A stretch of 64,000 nt of DNA from Terriglobia bacterium (GTDB lineage Bacteria > Acidobacteriota > Polarisedimenticolia > Polarisedimenticolales > JAIQFR01). The notes beneath the pieces were generated by a model. That model had not been told where the DNA came from and made no database searches. It saw only the letters and a list, made by a program, of their open reading frames with translations. Position 1 is the first letter of the stretch; the number at the start of each line of letters is the position of its first letter. The stretch is taken from positions 160,001-224,000 of the forward strand of contig CAVVHE010000008.1 of assembly GCA_963748015.1 (NCBI GenBank). Reading direction: 5' to 3'. This document shows, one piece after another, positions 1 to 8,455 of this stretch. Made by a program: the position numbers and the translations under genes.

Positions 1-273
1 CACGCTCGGCCCTGAGCCCGTCGAAGGGCCCGCCTCGTGCAGGCCGTACACGGAAGCGATGTTCGGATGGTTCAGCGAGGCGAGGAGCTTCGCCTCGCGC
101 TCGAAGCGCGCGAGCCGCTCGGGGTCCGCCGCGAACGCGGGAGGGAGGATCTTGATCGCCACCTCGCGGTCGAGCGTGGTGTCGACCGCGCGCCAGACCT
201 CGCCCATTCCGCCCTCGCCGATCCTCTCGACCAGGCGGTAGTGAAGCAGCGACTGCCCCGGGGCCACGCTCAC
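1..273 (-). CDS. Ser/Thr protein kinase, N-terminal part (runs off the window edge)
   Basis: Manual translation from GTG at 273 (GGAGG upstream): MSVAPGQSLLHYRLVERIGEGGMGEVWRAVDTTLDREVAIKILP...LNHPNIASVY. Contains the Gly loop, VAIK and HPNI motifs. Not in the ORF track because it is truncated. Confidence 0.92.
   Translation of the reverse strand, partial: MSVAPGQSLLHYRLVERIGEGGMGEVWRAVDTTLDREVAIKILPPAFAADPERLARFEREAKLLASLNHPNIASVYGLHEAGPSTGSGPSV
9..33. repeat. Short REP-like palindromic repeat GCCCTGAGCnnGTCGAAGGGCCCGC, inside the kinase CDS
   Basis: 23/25 identical to 46539-46563. Encodes the PSTGSG loop on the minus strand. Confidence 0.7.
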
Positions 274-329
274 ACGGGTTCCTCCGGCACGAACATCGAA
301 TTCTACGACAGTTCATGCGGCGCGGGGGA

Positions 330-2435
330 CTAGCGCTTCCCGGCGCGGCGGGCGTCGAGCGCCTTGAGCCCCTCCTGCGCGGCCGCGTCGCCGGGGGCGA
401 TCTCGAGGCTCTCGCGGAAGAGCCTCTCCGCCTCGGCGAAGTCGCCCTTCTCGGTGAGAACGGCGGCGAGCCCGTTATGCGAAGGCACGTGGTCGGGACC
501 GGCGTCGAGGCCCTTGCCGAAAGCGGCCTGCGCGCCGTCGAGCTTTCGCTGGAACAGGAGCGCGAAGCCGAGTCGCGCCCAGGCGTCGGCGCTCGAGGGC
601 TGAAGCTCGCTCTCGCGGCGGAAGGCGGCCTCCGCATCGGGTAACCGCCCGGCCTGGAGCAGCGCGCCGCCGTAGCTCCCCCAGGCCGCGGCCGATTTCG
701 GGTCGGCCCGGACCGCGCGCTCCAGCGTGCCGAGCGCATCGGGCAGCCGTCCCAGGCGCCTCAGGGACTCCCCCAGGCCGACCAGCGACTTCGCGTCGCC
801 GGGGGCGACGTCGAGGGCCTTCGAGAATTCCGCGGCCGCTTCCGCCGCCTTGCCCTCGAGCAGGAGCAGGCGCCCGAGGTTCGACCGGGCCATGAGGTAG
901 CGCGGATCGAGTGCCAAGCACTCGCGGTACTTCGCGGCGGCCTCGTCGAGCAGGCTCTGGTGCTCCAGCACCACGGCGAGGTTGTAGAGGAGGGCGGGGG
1001 TCTTCGCCTCGGTCGCCGCGGCGGGAGCGTCGGTCCCGGCCGGGGTCGGCGCGACGCCCTCCGGGACGGCCTTCCGGAAGACCGCCTCGTCGGGCGGCCT
1101 CGGCGGTCCGACGAGGCCTCGCTCCTCGAAGACCTTCCACAGCTCGTGCGCGATGATCCGGTGGCCTTCCGGTTTCGGGTGAACGTAGTCCTCGAACAGG
1201 TCGAAGCCCGGCACGCCATGAGGGGATGCCTTCGCGAAGGCAGCCTCGATGTCCACGAGGACGGCGCCCTTTAGGACGGCGACGCGGCGGATGGCTTCGT
1301 TGACGGCGCTCGGCGCGCGCGAAGGCGCCGCGTCGGTGTCGCGGGCGCGGACGTACTCCGCGCGCGCGTCGTCCCATCTCCCGAGGGCCTCGTACGCGCG
1401 GCCGAGCTGGTAGTGGATGCCGGCGTGGGAGGGAGCGAGCGCCCTCGCGGCCTCGAGGCGCGAAGCGGCGCCCGCGGCGTCGCCCTTGCCCAGAAGCGAC
1501 GCCGACTCCTCGAGGAGGCGGAGCGCCTCGCGCCTCGCGCCGGCGCCGGCCTCGCGCCCGAAGAACGACTGGTTCGGCGGCCACCGGCCGAGGTTCGAGG
1601 GGACCGTGCAGAGAACCGCGCGCGCGCCGCCCCGGCCGGCGAGGTCCACGATCGCGCGGAGGTTGTCCTCGAAGAGCCGGTAGACCTCGGCGCGGTCGGC
1701 GTCTCCGACGTTGGAGACGTCCTCCCGGACGACGTCGAGGCCGAGCAGCTCGCCCGTGGTCTTGCCCGAGTCGTCCGCGGGGCTCGCCGCGCGGGCTCCG
1801 CCCCGTACCTTCTCGATCGTGCGCGCCATCAGGGACCCGAGCCTCGAGCGATAGATGACCTGGCGCAGCGCGCCGAGCTCGCCGGCCCCCGCGTTCAGCC
1901 GGTCCTGGAAGCGACGCTCGATGAACTCGTTGTGCCCCTCGTAGAACACGACGGCGTCCGGCCGGTAGGAGGCGACCTCGTGCGCGAGCACGCGCAGCCG
2001 GTGCGATCCGTACGACATCCCCGCGGCGTTGACCGCCTCCACGGTCCGGCCGGGCCACGATGCCTGCAGGGCGTCTCCGAGCAGGTGCGTGAACGCGACC
2101 TTCGAGCCCCACGGGAACCCGTAGGCGCTGGATCCCCCCAGCGTGAAGAGGCGGAAGCCATGCGCGGGCTTCGTCTCCCGGAACGACTGGTAGTTGAACG
2201 AGTGGGCGAGGGCCCTCTTCGTCGTTGCGTAGACGCCGCGGCCGCGGTCGAGCTCGAAGACCGGAACGCGCCCGGAAAAACCGGAGAAGGGGTCGCGCTC
2301 CGAGAGAAGCGTCGGGTACCCGCCCGCCCACAGGGCCGCCTCGACGATCGCGAAGAACAGCACGACCGTCACCGCCGCGTAGAGCGCCTGCCTCCATGCG
2401 GGAATCGCGAGCGGCTCGTCCTTGCTCCTCACCAT
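330..2435 (-). CDS. Membrane-anchored SGNH/GDSL hydrolase-family protein with TPR repeats
   Basis: N-terminal TM helix. SGNH blocks GGSSAYG, NAAGMSYGS, YEGHNEF, DYVHP. Many TPR-like helical repeats. Confidence 0.8.
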   Translation of the reverse strand: MVRSKDEPLAIPAWRQALYAAVTVVLFFAIVEAALWAGGYPTLLSERDPFSGFSGRVPVFELDRGRGVYATTKRALAHSFNYQSFRETKPAHGFRLFTLGGSSAYGFPWGSKVAFTHLLGDALQASWPGRTVEAVNAAGMSYGSHRLRVLAHEVASYRPDAVVFYEGHNEFIERRFQDRLNAGAGELGALRQVIYRSRLGSLMARTIEKVRGGARAASPADDSGKTTGELLGLDVVREDVSNVGDADRAEVYRLFEDNLRAIVDLAGRGGARAVLCTVPSNLGRWPPNQSFFGREAGAGARREALRLLEESASLLGKGDAAGAASRLEAARALAPSHAGIHYQLGRAYEALGRWDDARAEYVRARDTDAAPSRAPSAVNEAIRRVAVLKGAVLVDIEAAFAKASPHGVPGFDLFEDYVHPKPEGHRIIAHELWKVFEERGLVGPPRPPDEAVFRKAVPEGVAPTPAGTDAPAAATEAKTPALLYNLAVVLEHQSLLDEAAAKYRECLALDPRYLMARSNLGRLLLLEGKAAEAAAEFSKALDVAPGDAKSLVGLGESLRRLGRLPDALGTLERAVRADPKSAAAWGSYGGALLQAGRLPDAEAAFRRESELQPSSADAWARLGFALLFQRKLDGAQAAFGKGLDAGPDHVPSHNGLAAVLTEKGDFAEAERLFRESLEIAPGDAAAQEGLKALDARRAGKR

Positions 2436-2580
2436 GTCCCGTCCCGCACGATGAATCCGCTCCCCCCGCGCCGTCCGGCGGTGCGACGAGTATACCGTCG
2501 CACGCGGCGCGGCGCGGGGGCCGGCGTCCCGCCGCTCCTTGCAGCAGGTTAGAATGGCTCTCCCAACAACGGAGCGAGCG

Positions 2581-4965
2581 ATGCAGGACTACGAGAAGCT
2601 AGGCGCCTTCTACCTCGGCCGCCTGTTCGACCCCGCCGCGGGGAAAACCAAGGACGACCTCCTCCTCTACGACTCCCGCGATCTGCTGACGCACGCGGTG
2701 TGCGTGGGGATGACCGGGAGCGGGAAGACCGGTCTCTGCCTCGCTCTCCTCGAGGAGGCCGCCATCGACGGCATCCCCGCGATCGCGATCGATCCGAAGG
2801 GAGACCTCGGCAACCTGCTCCTGGCGTTTCCAGGGCTCACCGCCGCCGAGTTCAGGCCGTGGGTGGACGAGGAGGAGGCGTCGCGGCAGGGGATCACGCC
2901 GGACGAGCTGGCGTCGAGAACCGCCGAGAAGTGGCGCAACGGGCTCGCCGAGTGGGGCCAGGACTCCTCCCGCGTCGCCCGCTTCCGCGACGCCGCCGAG
3001 GCGGTGATCTACACGCCGGGCAGCTCCGCGGGACGGCCGGTCTCGATCCTGCGCTCGTTGGGCGCACCGGAGGGAGCCGCGGCCCAAGATCCCGACGCGC
3101 AGCGCGAGAGGATCTCCGCGACGGCCTCGGGTCTCCTCTCGCTCGTCGGCGTCGCGGCCGACCCGTTCCGCAGCCGCGAGCACATCCTGATCTCGACCCT
3201 GCTGGACAGAGCGTGGAAGGGGGGGAGGAGTCTCGGCCTCGGCGATCTCGTGCGCGAGATCCAGTCGCCCGCGATCGAGCGCGTCGGCGTCGTGGACCTC
3301 GAGTCGTTCTTTCCCGCGAGAGAGCGCCAGGAGCTCGCCATGGCGTTCAACAACCTGCTGGCGTCGCCCGGCTTCGGGGCGTGGGCGGAAGGCGAGCCGC
3401 TGGATGTCGGCCGCCTCCTCCACACCGCGGAAGGAAAGCCGCGGCTCGCCGTCATGTCCATCGCGCACCTGTCGGACGCGGAGCGGATGTTCTTCGTCAC
3501 CCTGCTGCTCGGCGAAGTGATCGCGTGGATGCGGTCGCGGCCGGGGACGACGTCGCTCCGGGCGGTGCTCTACATGGACGAGGTGTTCGGGTACTTCCCG
3601 CCCACGGCCAATCCGCCGAGCAAGATGCCGATGCTCACGCTCCTCAAGCAGGCCCGGGCGTACGGCCTCGGCGTGGTGCTCGCGACGCAGAACCCGGTCG
3701 ATCTCGACTACAAGGGGCTCTCGAACGCGGGGACGTGGTTTCTCGGGCGGCTTCAGACCGAGCGCGACAAGCTGCGGGTGCTCGACGGGCTCGAGGGAGC
3801 CTCCGCGGCCTCGGGGCGGGAGTTCGACCGCGCCGGGATGGACCGGATGCTGTCGGGACTCGGCAGCCGCGTGTTCGTGATGAACGACGTGCACGAGAAC
3901 GCCCCGGCCCTCTTCCAGACCCGGCACACGCTCTCGTACCTGCGCGGCCCGCTCACGAGAGGGCAGATCGAGAAGCTCATGGCGGCGAGGAAGGGCGAGG
4001 TCGCCGCCGCGCCGTCCGCATCCGCTCCATCGGCGTCCCGCGCGGCCGCGGAGCCCAGCGCCGCGCCGGCGGGCGGCGAGCGCCCCCTGGTCCCGCCCGA
4101 CGTACCGGAGAGGTTCCTCGCGGCACGCGGGGCGCCCGTCCTCTACCGTCCCGCGCTCCTCGGCACGTGCAAGCTGCACTACGTCGACGCCAAGGCCGGC
4201 CTCGACGTGTGGGAGGACGTTGCGGCCGTCGCGCGACTCGGCGCCGACGTCCCTCCCGACCCGTGGGAGAAGGCCGACCTGTCCGCGCCCGGCGGCCTCG
4301 ACCTCGTCAAGGCACCGGATCCGGGCGCTTCGTTCGCGCCGCTCCCGGCGGAGGCGGCGCGGCCGAAGAGCTATCCGGCCTGGAGCAAGAAGCTCGCGGA
4401 CTCGATGTACCGGAGCCGCTCGCTCACGCTGCAGCGCTGCCCGGCTCTCGGTCTCGTCTCGAAACCCGGGGAGAGCGACGGCGATTTCCGCATTCGCGTC
4501 GACGAGAGCGATCGAGAGCGCCGCGATGCCGGCGTCGAGGCACTCCGGAAGAAGTACGCGCCGCGCCTCGCGACGCTCCAGGAGCAGATCCGCCGCGCGG
4601 AGGAACGGGAAGCGCGCGAGCGGGGCCAGTATCAGCAGCAGTCGGTGCAAACCGCGATCTCCCTCGGGGCGACCCTTCTCGGCGCGTTTCTCGGCCGCAA
4701 GGCCGTGAGCGTCGGGACCTTGGGCCGGGCAGCCACGACCGCGAGGAGCGCGACCCGCGCCGCGAGCGAGAAGCAGGACATCGACCGGGCCGCGCAGGGA
4801 GTCGAGGCCACGAAGCAGCGCCTCGCCGACCTCCAGTCGCAATTCGACGCGGAGACCGCGACCCTCGCCGCCGGCGGCGACCGCGCGGCGATCGAGAGCG
4901 TCACCGTCCGCCCGCGGAAGTCGGACCTCGCCGTCGAGGGGGTCGTTCTGTTGTGGGTGCATTGA
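2581..4965 (+). CDS. HerA/FtsK-superfamily (DUF87/DUF853-like) P-loop ATPase with C-terminal coiled coil
   Basis: Walker A GMTGSGKT, IDPKGD, Walker B LYMDEVFG, LATQNP motif. GGAG upstream of ATG 2581; alternative start at 2554. Confidence 0.8.
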   Translation: MQDYEKLGAFYLGRLFDPAAGKTKDDLLLYDSRDLLTHAVCVGMTGSGKTGLCLALLEEAAIDGIPAIAIDPKGDLGNLLLAFPGLTAAEFRPWVDEEEASRQGITPDELASRTAEKWRNGLAEWGQDSSRVARFRDAAEAVIYTPGSSAGRPVSILRSLGAPEGAAAQDPDAQRERISATASGLLSLVGVAADPFRSREHILISTLLDRAWKGGRSLGLGDLVREIQSPAIERVGVVDLESFFPARERQELAMAFNNLLASPGFGAWAEGEPLDVGRLLHTAEGKPRLAVMSIAHLSDAERMFFVTLLLGEVIAWMRSRPGTTSLRAVLYMDEVFGYFPPTANPPSKMPMLTLLKQARAYGLGVVLATQNPVDLDYKGLSNAGTWFLGRLQTERDKLRVLDGLEGASAASGREFDRAGMDRMLSGLGSRVFVMNDVHENAPALFQTRHTLSYLRGPLTRGQIEKLMAARKGEVAAAPSASAPSASRAAAEPSAAPAGGERPLVPPDVPERFLAARGAPVLYRPALLGTCKLHYVDAKAGLDVWEDVAAVARLGADVPPDPWEKADLSAPGGLDLVKAPDPGASFAPLPAEAARPKSYPAWSKKLADSMYRSRSLTLQRCPALGLVSKPGESDGDFRIRVDESDRERRDAGVEALRKKYAPRLATLQEQIRRAEEREARERGQYQQQSVQTAISLGATLLGAFLGRKAVSVGTLGRAATTARSATRAASEKQDIDRAAQGVEATKQRLADLQSQFDAETATLAAGGDRAAIESVTVRPRKSDLAVEGVVLLWVH

Positions 4966-4981
4966 TCGCCAGCTCGAGGGG

Positions 4982-5136
4982 TCGCCCGAGCCGCGCGCCG
5001 GGATCCTTCCCCGGGCACGCTCGCCGTTCTGCGTTTCTCCGCAGCGACTCGCTCCGTGAAGAACGCGCCTGCATGGGAAGGGCAGGCGCGCTCTTCACAG
5101 GGCCCGGGGAAGGACCCCGGCGCGCGGCTCGGGCGA
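4982..5136. repeat. Long intergenic inverted repeat (35-bp arms, 1 mismatch) with internal hairpins
   Basis: Arms at 4982-5016 and 5102-5136. Inner stem GTGAAGAACGCGCCTGC/GCAGGCGCGCTCTTCAC. Confidence 0.85.
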
Positions 5137-5155
5137 GCGGCGGCGAGGACGCGAG

Positions 5156-5806
5156 ATGAGCTCCCGCCGGCGCGCCTCGATCGATCGGATCGTGAAGCGG
5201 CTCGCGAGCCGCTACGAGATCACCCGCTTCAAGGACGTCAACGGGCCGGACCCGTTCCGGATCCTGATCGGCTGCGTCCTCTCGCTGCGGACGAAGGACG
5301 AGGTCACGTACCCGGCCACGGAACGGCTGTTCGAGCGGGCGCGCACGCCGCGCGAGATGCTCTCCCTCCGCGCGCCGGCGATCGCGAAGCTGGTCTACCC
5401 GGTGGGGTTCTACCGCAGGAAGTCGGAGCAGATCCGCGAGATCAGCCGCTTGCTGCTGGCGCGGCACGGCGGGAAGGTGCCGGACACCCTCGAGGAGCTG
5501 CTGGAGTTGCCGGGTGTCGGCCGCAAGACCGCAAACCTCGTCGTCACGCTCGGCTTCGGCAAGCCGGGGATCTGCGTGGACACCCACGTCCACCGGATCT
5601 CGAACCGGCTCGGCTGGGTGAGCACGCGGCACCCGCACGAGACCGAGGAGGCCCTTCGCGTCCTCCTCCCGCGCCGCCACTGGATCCCGATCAACGAGAT
5701 CCTCGTCCGCCACGGCCAGCAGGTCTGCAAGCCCCTCTCTCCGATCTGCTCCGCCTGTCCCGTCGCCGAGGACTGCCGCCGCGTCGGCGTCACCCGCCAC
5801 CGCTAG
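5156..5806 (+). CDS. nth: Endonuclease III
   Basis: HhH motif LPGVGRKTAN, VDTHV, C-terminal CxxxxxxCxxCxxxxxC Fe-S loop. Confidence 0.95.
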   Translation: MSSRRRASIDRIVKRLASRYEITRFKDVNGPDPFRILIGCVLSLRTKDEVTYPATERLFERARTPREMLSLRAPAIAKLVYPVGFYRRKSEQIREISRLLLARHGGKVPDTLEELLELPGVGRKTANLVVTLGFGKPGICVDTHVHRISNRLGWVSTRHPHETEEALRVLLPRRHWIPINEILVRHGQQVCKPLSPICSACPVAEDCRRVGVTRHR

Positions 5807-5838
5807 CCGACCGACGGCCGTCCTCGCGCGACCCCACC

Positions 5839-6038
5839 CCCCGCGGCGTCTCGCGTCCTCGGGGCTGGTGCGGCGACCTCCCTCGGCGACGACCCGCATC
5901 GGCCGCGCGACGGGTCGAGCAAGCGCGATGGGGTCCCCCTTCCCCATCGCGCTCGACCCGTCGCGCGGCCGTGCAGGGGTCCCCGTCGCCTCGGGCATCG
6001 TCGCCGCACCAGCCCCGAGGACGCGAGACGCCGCGGGG
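5839..6038. repeat. 200-bp rod-like palindromic element, copy 1
   Basis: Perfect 39-bp terminal arms (5839-5877 / 6000-6038). Core nearly identical to the reverse complement of 54792-54931. Confidence 0.92.
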
Positions 6039-6046
6039 CGGCGCCG

Positions 6047-7711
6047 TTAGAACGCGAGGAGGACGAGGATCTGGGCGACGATGATCTTGGCGATGAGGGC
6101 GACGGGGTAGACGGCGGCGTACGAGACGTTGGGGTGGTCGGAGCCGGTGTGGGTGTTGGCGAAGGCCAGGGCGGCGGGCTGGGTGTGGATGCCGGCGAGC
6201 ATGCCGAAGGTCGAGATCATGTCGTAGCGGAAGACCCGGTAGGCGAGGAAGACGATCAGCAGGGAGGAGAGGATGGTCACGCCGGCGCCGACGAGGAGGA
6301 GCGTGAGCCCCTGGTTCTGGACGGTGTGAAGGAAGCTGCCGCCGGCCCGGGTTCCGACGCCGGCCAGGAAAAACAGGATGCCGAGCTGGCGCATCGTGAG
6401 GTTGGCGTTGGGGGGCATCGTCCAGACGATCGGGCCGGTGCGCCCGAGGCGGCCGAGGATCAGGGCGACCACGAGCGGGCCGCCGGCGAATCCGAGGGTC
6501 ACGCGCTGGCCGCCGGGAAGCGGGATCGGGACGGTGCCGAGGAGCACGCCGAGGATCATGCCGAAGCTGAACGAGAGGAAATCCGCCTCCGAGTAATCCT
6601 TCATCGGATTGCCGACCACCTGGGTCGCTCGGTCGATGAAGTCCCTGTGGGTCACGACGCGGATCTGGTCGCCGAACTCGAGGATGGTCTCGGGATGCGG
6701 CGTGATCTGCACGCCGCCGCGGCGGATGCGGCTGACGATCACGGGATGGCCGACCGCGTCGGAGAGCCCTGCCGCGGACGTGCCGGCGACCTTCCGGTCG
6801 AGCACCAGCAGGTCGCGGTACTCGATCCCCGGAGAGAGGCTCTCGACGCGCTCCTGGACCAGCGGGCCGATCAGCAGCTCGGCCTTGCGCACGGCCTCCG
6901 GAGACCCGACGCCCACCAGGACGTCGCCTTCCTGCAGGATGCACTCGGGAACGACGAGGTCCACGCTCGCCCCGCGCTTCACCCGGGTGAAGACCATCCC
7001 GGTGAGCTCGGTGAGCAGCGCCTCGCCGTAGCTCTTCCCCACGATCTGCGGGTTCGTCACCCGCACCTCGCGGCTGAGAAGCTCCTCGCCGCCCATCCCG
7101 CTCGCGCGTCTCGCGCGCTGCTGCTCCGCGGGAAGGTCGATCTTCAGGAGCCGCGTCGCGAGCTGCATGATCACGATGAGGCCGGCGACCCCGAGGGGGT
7201 AGGCGATGCTGTAGCCCACGGTGGGCCCGTCGAGGGCGAGCCGCCTCGCGGCCTCGTCGAGATTCGTGCCGGACAGGCTGTTGCGGAGCGCCTCGACCGC
7301 CGCGGCGAGCGCGGGCGTGTTGGTGAGGCTGCCGCAGAAGAGCCCCGACGCGACGGGCGCCGGAACGTGGAGCAGCTTCGCCGCGGCGACGGTCACCGCC
7401 GCGGCGGCCACCGTCGCGACCAGCGCGAGCGACGTGATCTTGAGCCACTGCCGGCGGAACAGGTTGAAGAAGATCGGTCCCGACTGGAGGCCGACCGTGT
7501 AGACGAACACGATGAGCCCGAGGACGTAGATCACCTCCGGGATCGAGAAGCGTGGATCGGCCGCGCCGAACGCCAGGCCGACGAAGAGGACCGCCGCGAT
7601 CCCGAGCCGGAACCCGCCTATCCTCAAGTTGCCCAGGAAATAGCCCAGGCCGACGACGGTGAAGAGGAGAACCACCGGCTGGGTCGCGAGGAGCTCGTAG
7701 AAACCACTCAT
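6047..7711 (-). CDS. Aspartate:alanine exchanger (AspT/YidE/YbjL) family transporter with TrkA-C domains
   Basis: Duplicated hydrophobic halves with GSLTNTPAL and GIHTQPAAL motifs, separated by two RCK-C-like soluble domains. Confidence 0.9.
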   Translation of the reverse strand: MSGFYELLATQPVVLLFTVVGLGYFLGNLRIGGFRLGIAAVLFVGLAFGAADPRFSIPEVIYVLGLIVFVYTVGLQSGPIFFNLFRRQWLKITSLALVATVAAAAVTVAAAKLLHVPAPVASGLFCGSLTNTPALAAAVEALRNSLSGTNLDEAARRLALDGPTVGYSIAYPLGVAGLIVIMQLATRLLKIDLPAEQQRARRASGMGGEELLSREVRVTNPQIVGKSYGEALLTELTGMVFTRVKRGASVDLVVPECILQEGDVLVGVGSPEAVRKAELLIGPLVQERVESLSPGIEYRDLLVLDRKVAGTSAAGLSDAVGHPVIVSRIRRGGVQITPHPETILEFGDQIRVVTHRDFIDRATQVVGNPMKDYSEADFLSFSFGMILGVLLGTVPIPLPGGQRVTLGFAGGPLVVALILGRLGRTGPIVWTMPPNANLTMRQLGILFFLAGVGTRAGGSFLHTVQNQGLTLLLVGAGVTILSSLLIVFLAYRVFRYDMISTFGMLAGIHTQPAALAFANTHTGSDHPNVSYAAVYPVALIAKIIVAQILVLLAF

Positions 7712-7800
7712 GGCGGCATCCGCAGGGAAATTGGGCGACGGATCGCAGAGGATATCGCATCGCGCGCTTCGGCGACAGCGGGCCCGGGATGCGCGACGCA

Positions 7801-7830
7801 TTGACACGCGGGACCGCGCGAAGGTAACGT
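7801..7830 (+). promoter_or_regulatory. Putative sigma70 promoter for nfeD-flotillin
   Basis: TTGACA-N18-TAACGT. Confidence 0.5.
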
Positions 7831-7891
7831 CAGGAGGGATCCCAAAGGGAAGCGCGCGCGCCTCCCCCGGCGGCGACGCTCGAGAGAGAAC

Positions 7892-8455
7892 ATGCTCATC
7901 TACGCTGCGATCGGGTCCTTCGGGCTTCTCTTCCTTCTCGTGATGCTGTTCGTCGGCGAGCTGTTCGGCGGCGACCACGAGGTCCACGTCGGCGACATCG
8001 GCACCGACCACGCGGACTTCGGCCACGAGGGGGGGCCGAGCATTTTCAGCGCCCGCATCATGGCGTCGTTTCTGACGGCCTTCGGCGTCGGCGGCGTGGT
8101 CGCGCGCTACTACGACCTCTCGCATCCGGCGGCCGCGGGGTGCGGCGTCGTGACGGGCGTCGTGATGTCCGGCCTCGTCTACCAGTTCGCGAAGATCCTC
8201 TACTCCCAGCAGGCTTCGAGCGAGGTGCGGATGGCGCGGCTCGTCGGCAGGACGGCCGAGGTCACGGTCGGCATCCCGCAGGGCGGCATGGGACAGGTCA
8301 CGCTCGAGTACGGCGGGGAGCGCACGACGCAGATCGCGCGCTCGAAGGACGGCGGCGCGATCCCTCCGGGGACCGCGGTCGTCGTCACGGCTCTCCTGGG
8401 AGATTCGATGATCGTGGAGCGCGTGGGTGCGCGGGCTCCGGGGGGTTCGCTATGA
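7892..8455 (+). CDS. NfeD/YqiJ-like membrane protein (OB fold)
   Basis: TM helices plus LVGRTAEVTVGIP..GMGQV OB-fold motif. Overlaps the flotillin start (ATGA). Confidence 0.85.
   Translation: MLIYAAIGSFGLLFLLVMLFVGELFGGDHEVHVGDIGTDHADFGHEGGPSIFSARIMASFLTAFGVGGVVARYYDLSHPAAAGCGVVTGVVMSGLVYQFAKILYSQQASSEVRMARLVGRTAEVTVGIPQGGMGQVTLEYGGERTTQIARSKDGGAIPPGTAVVVTALLGDSMIVERVGARAPGGSL

Noticed and set aside
2581..4965. HerA-based anti-phage or conjugation system
   Set aside because: No nuclease, Sir2, relaxase or T4SS genes are adjacent, and composition is host-like.
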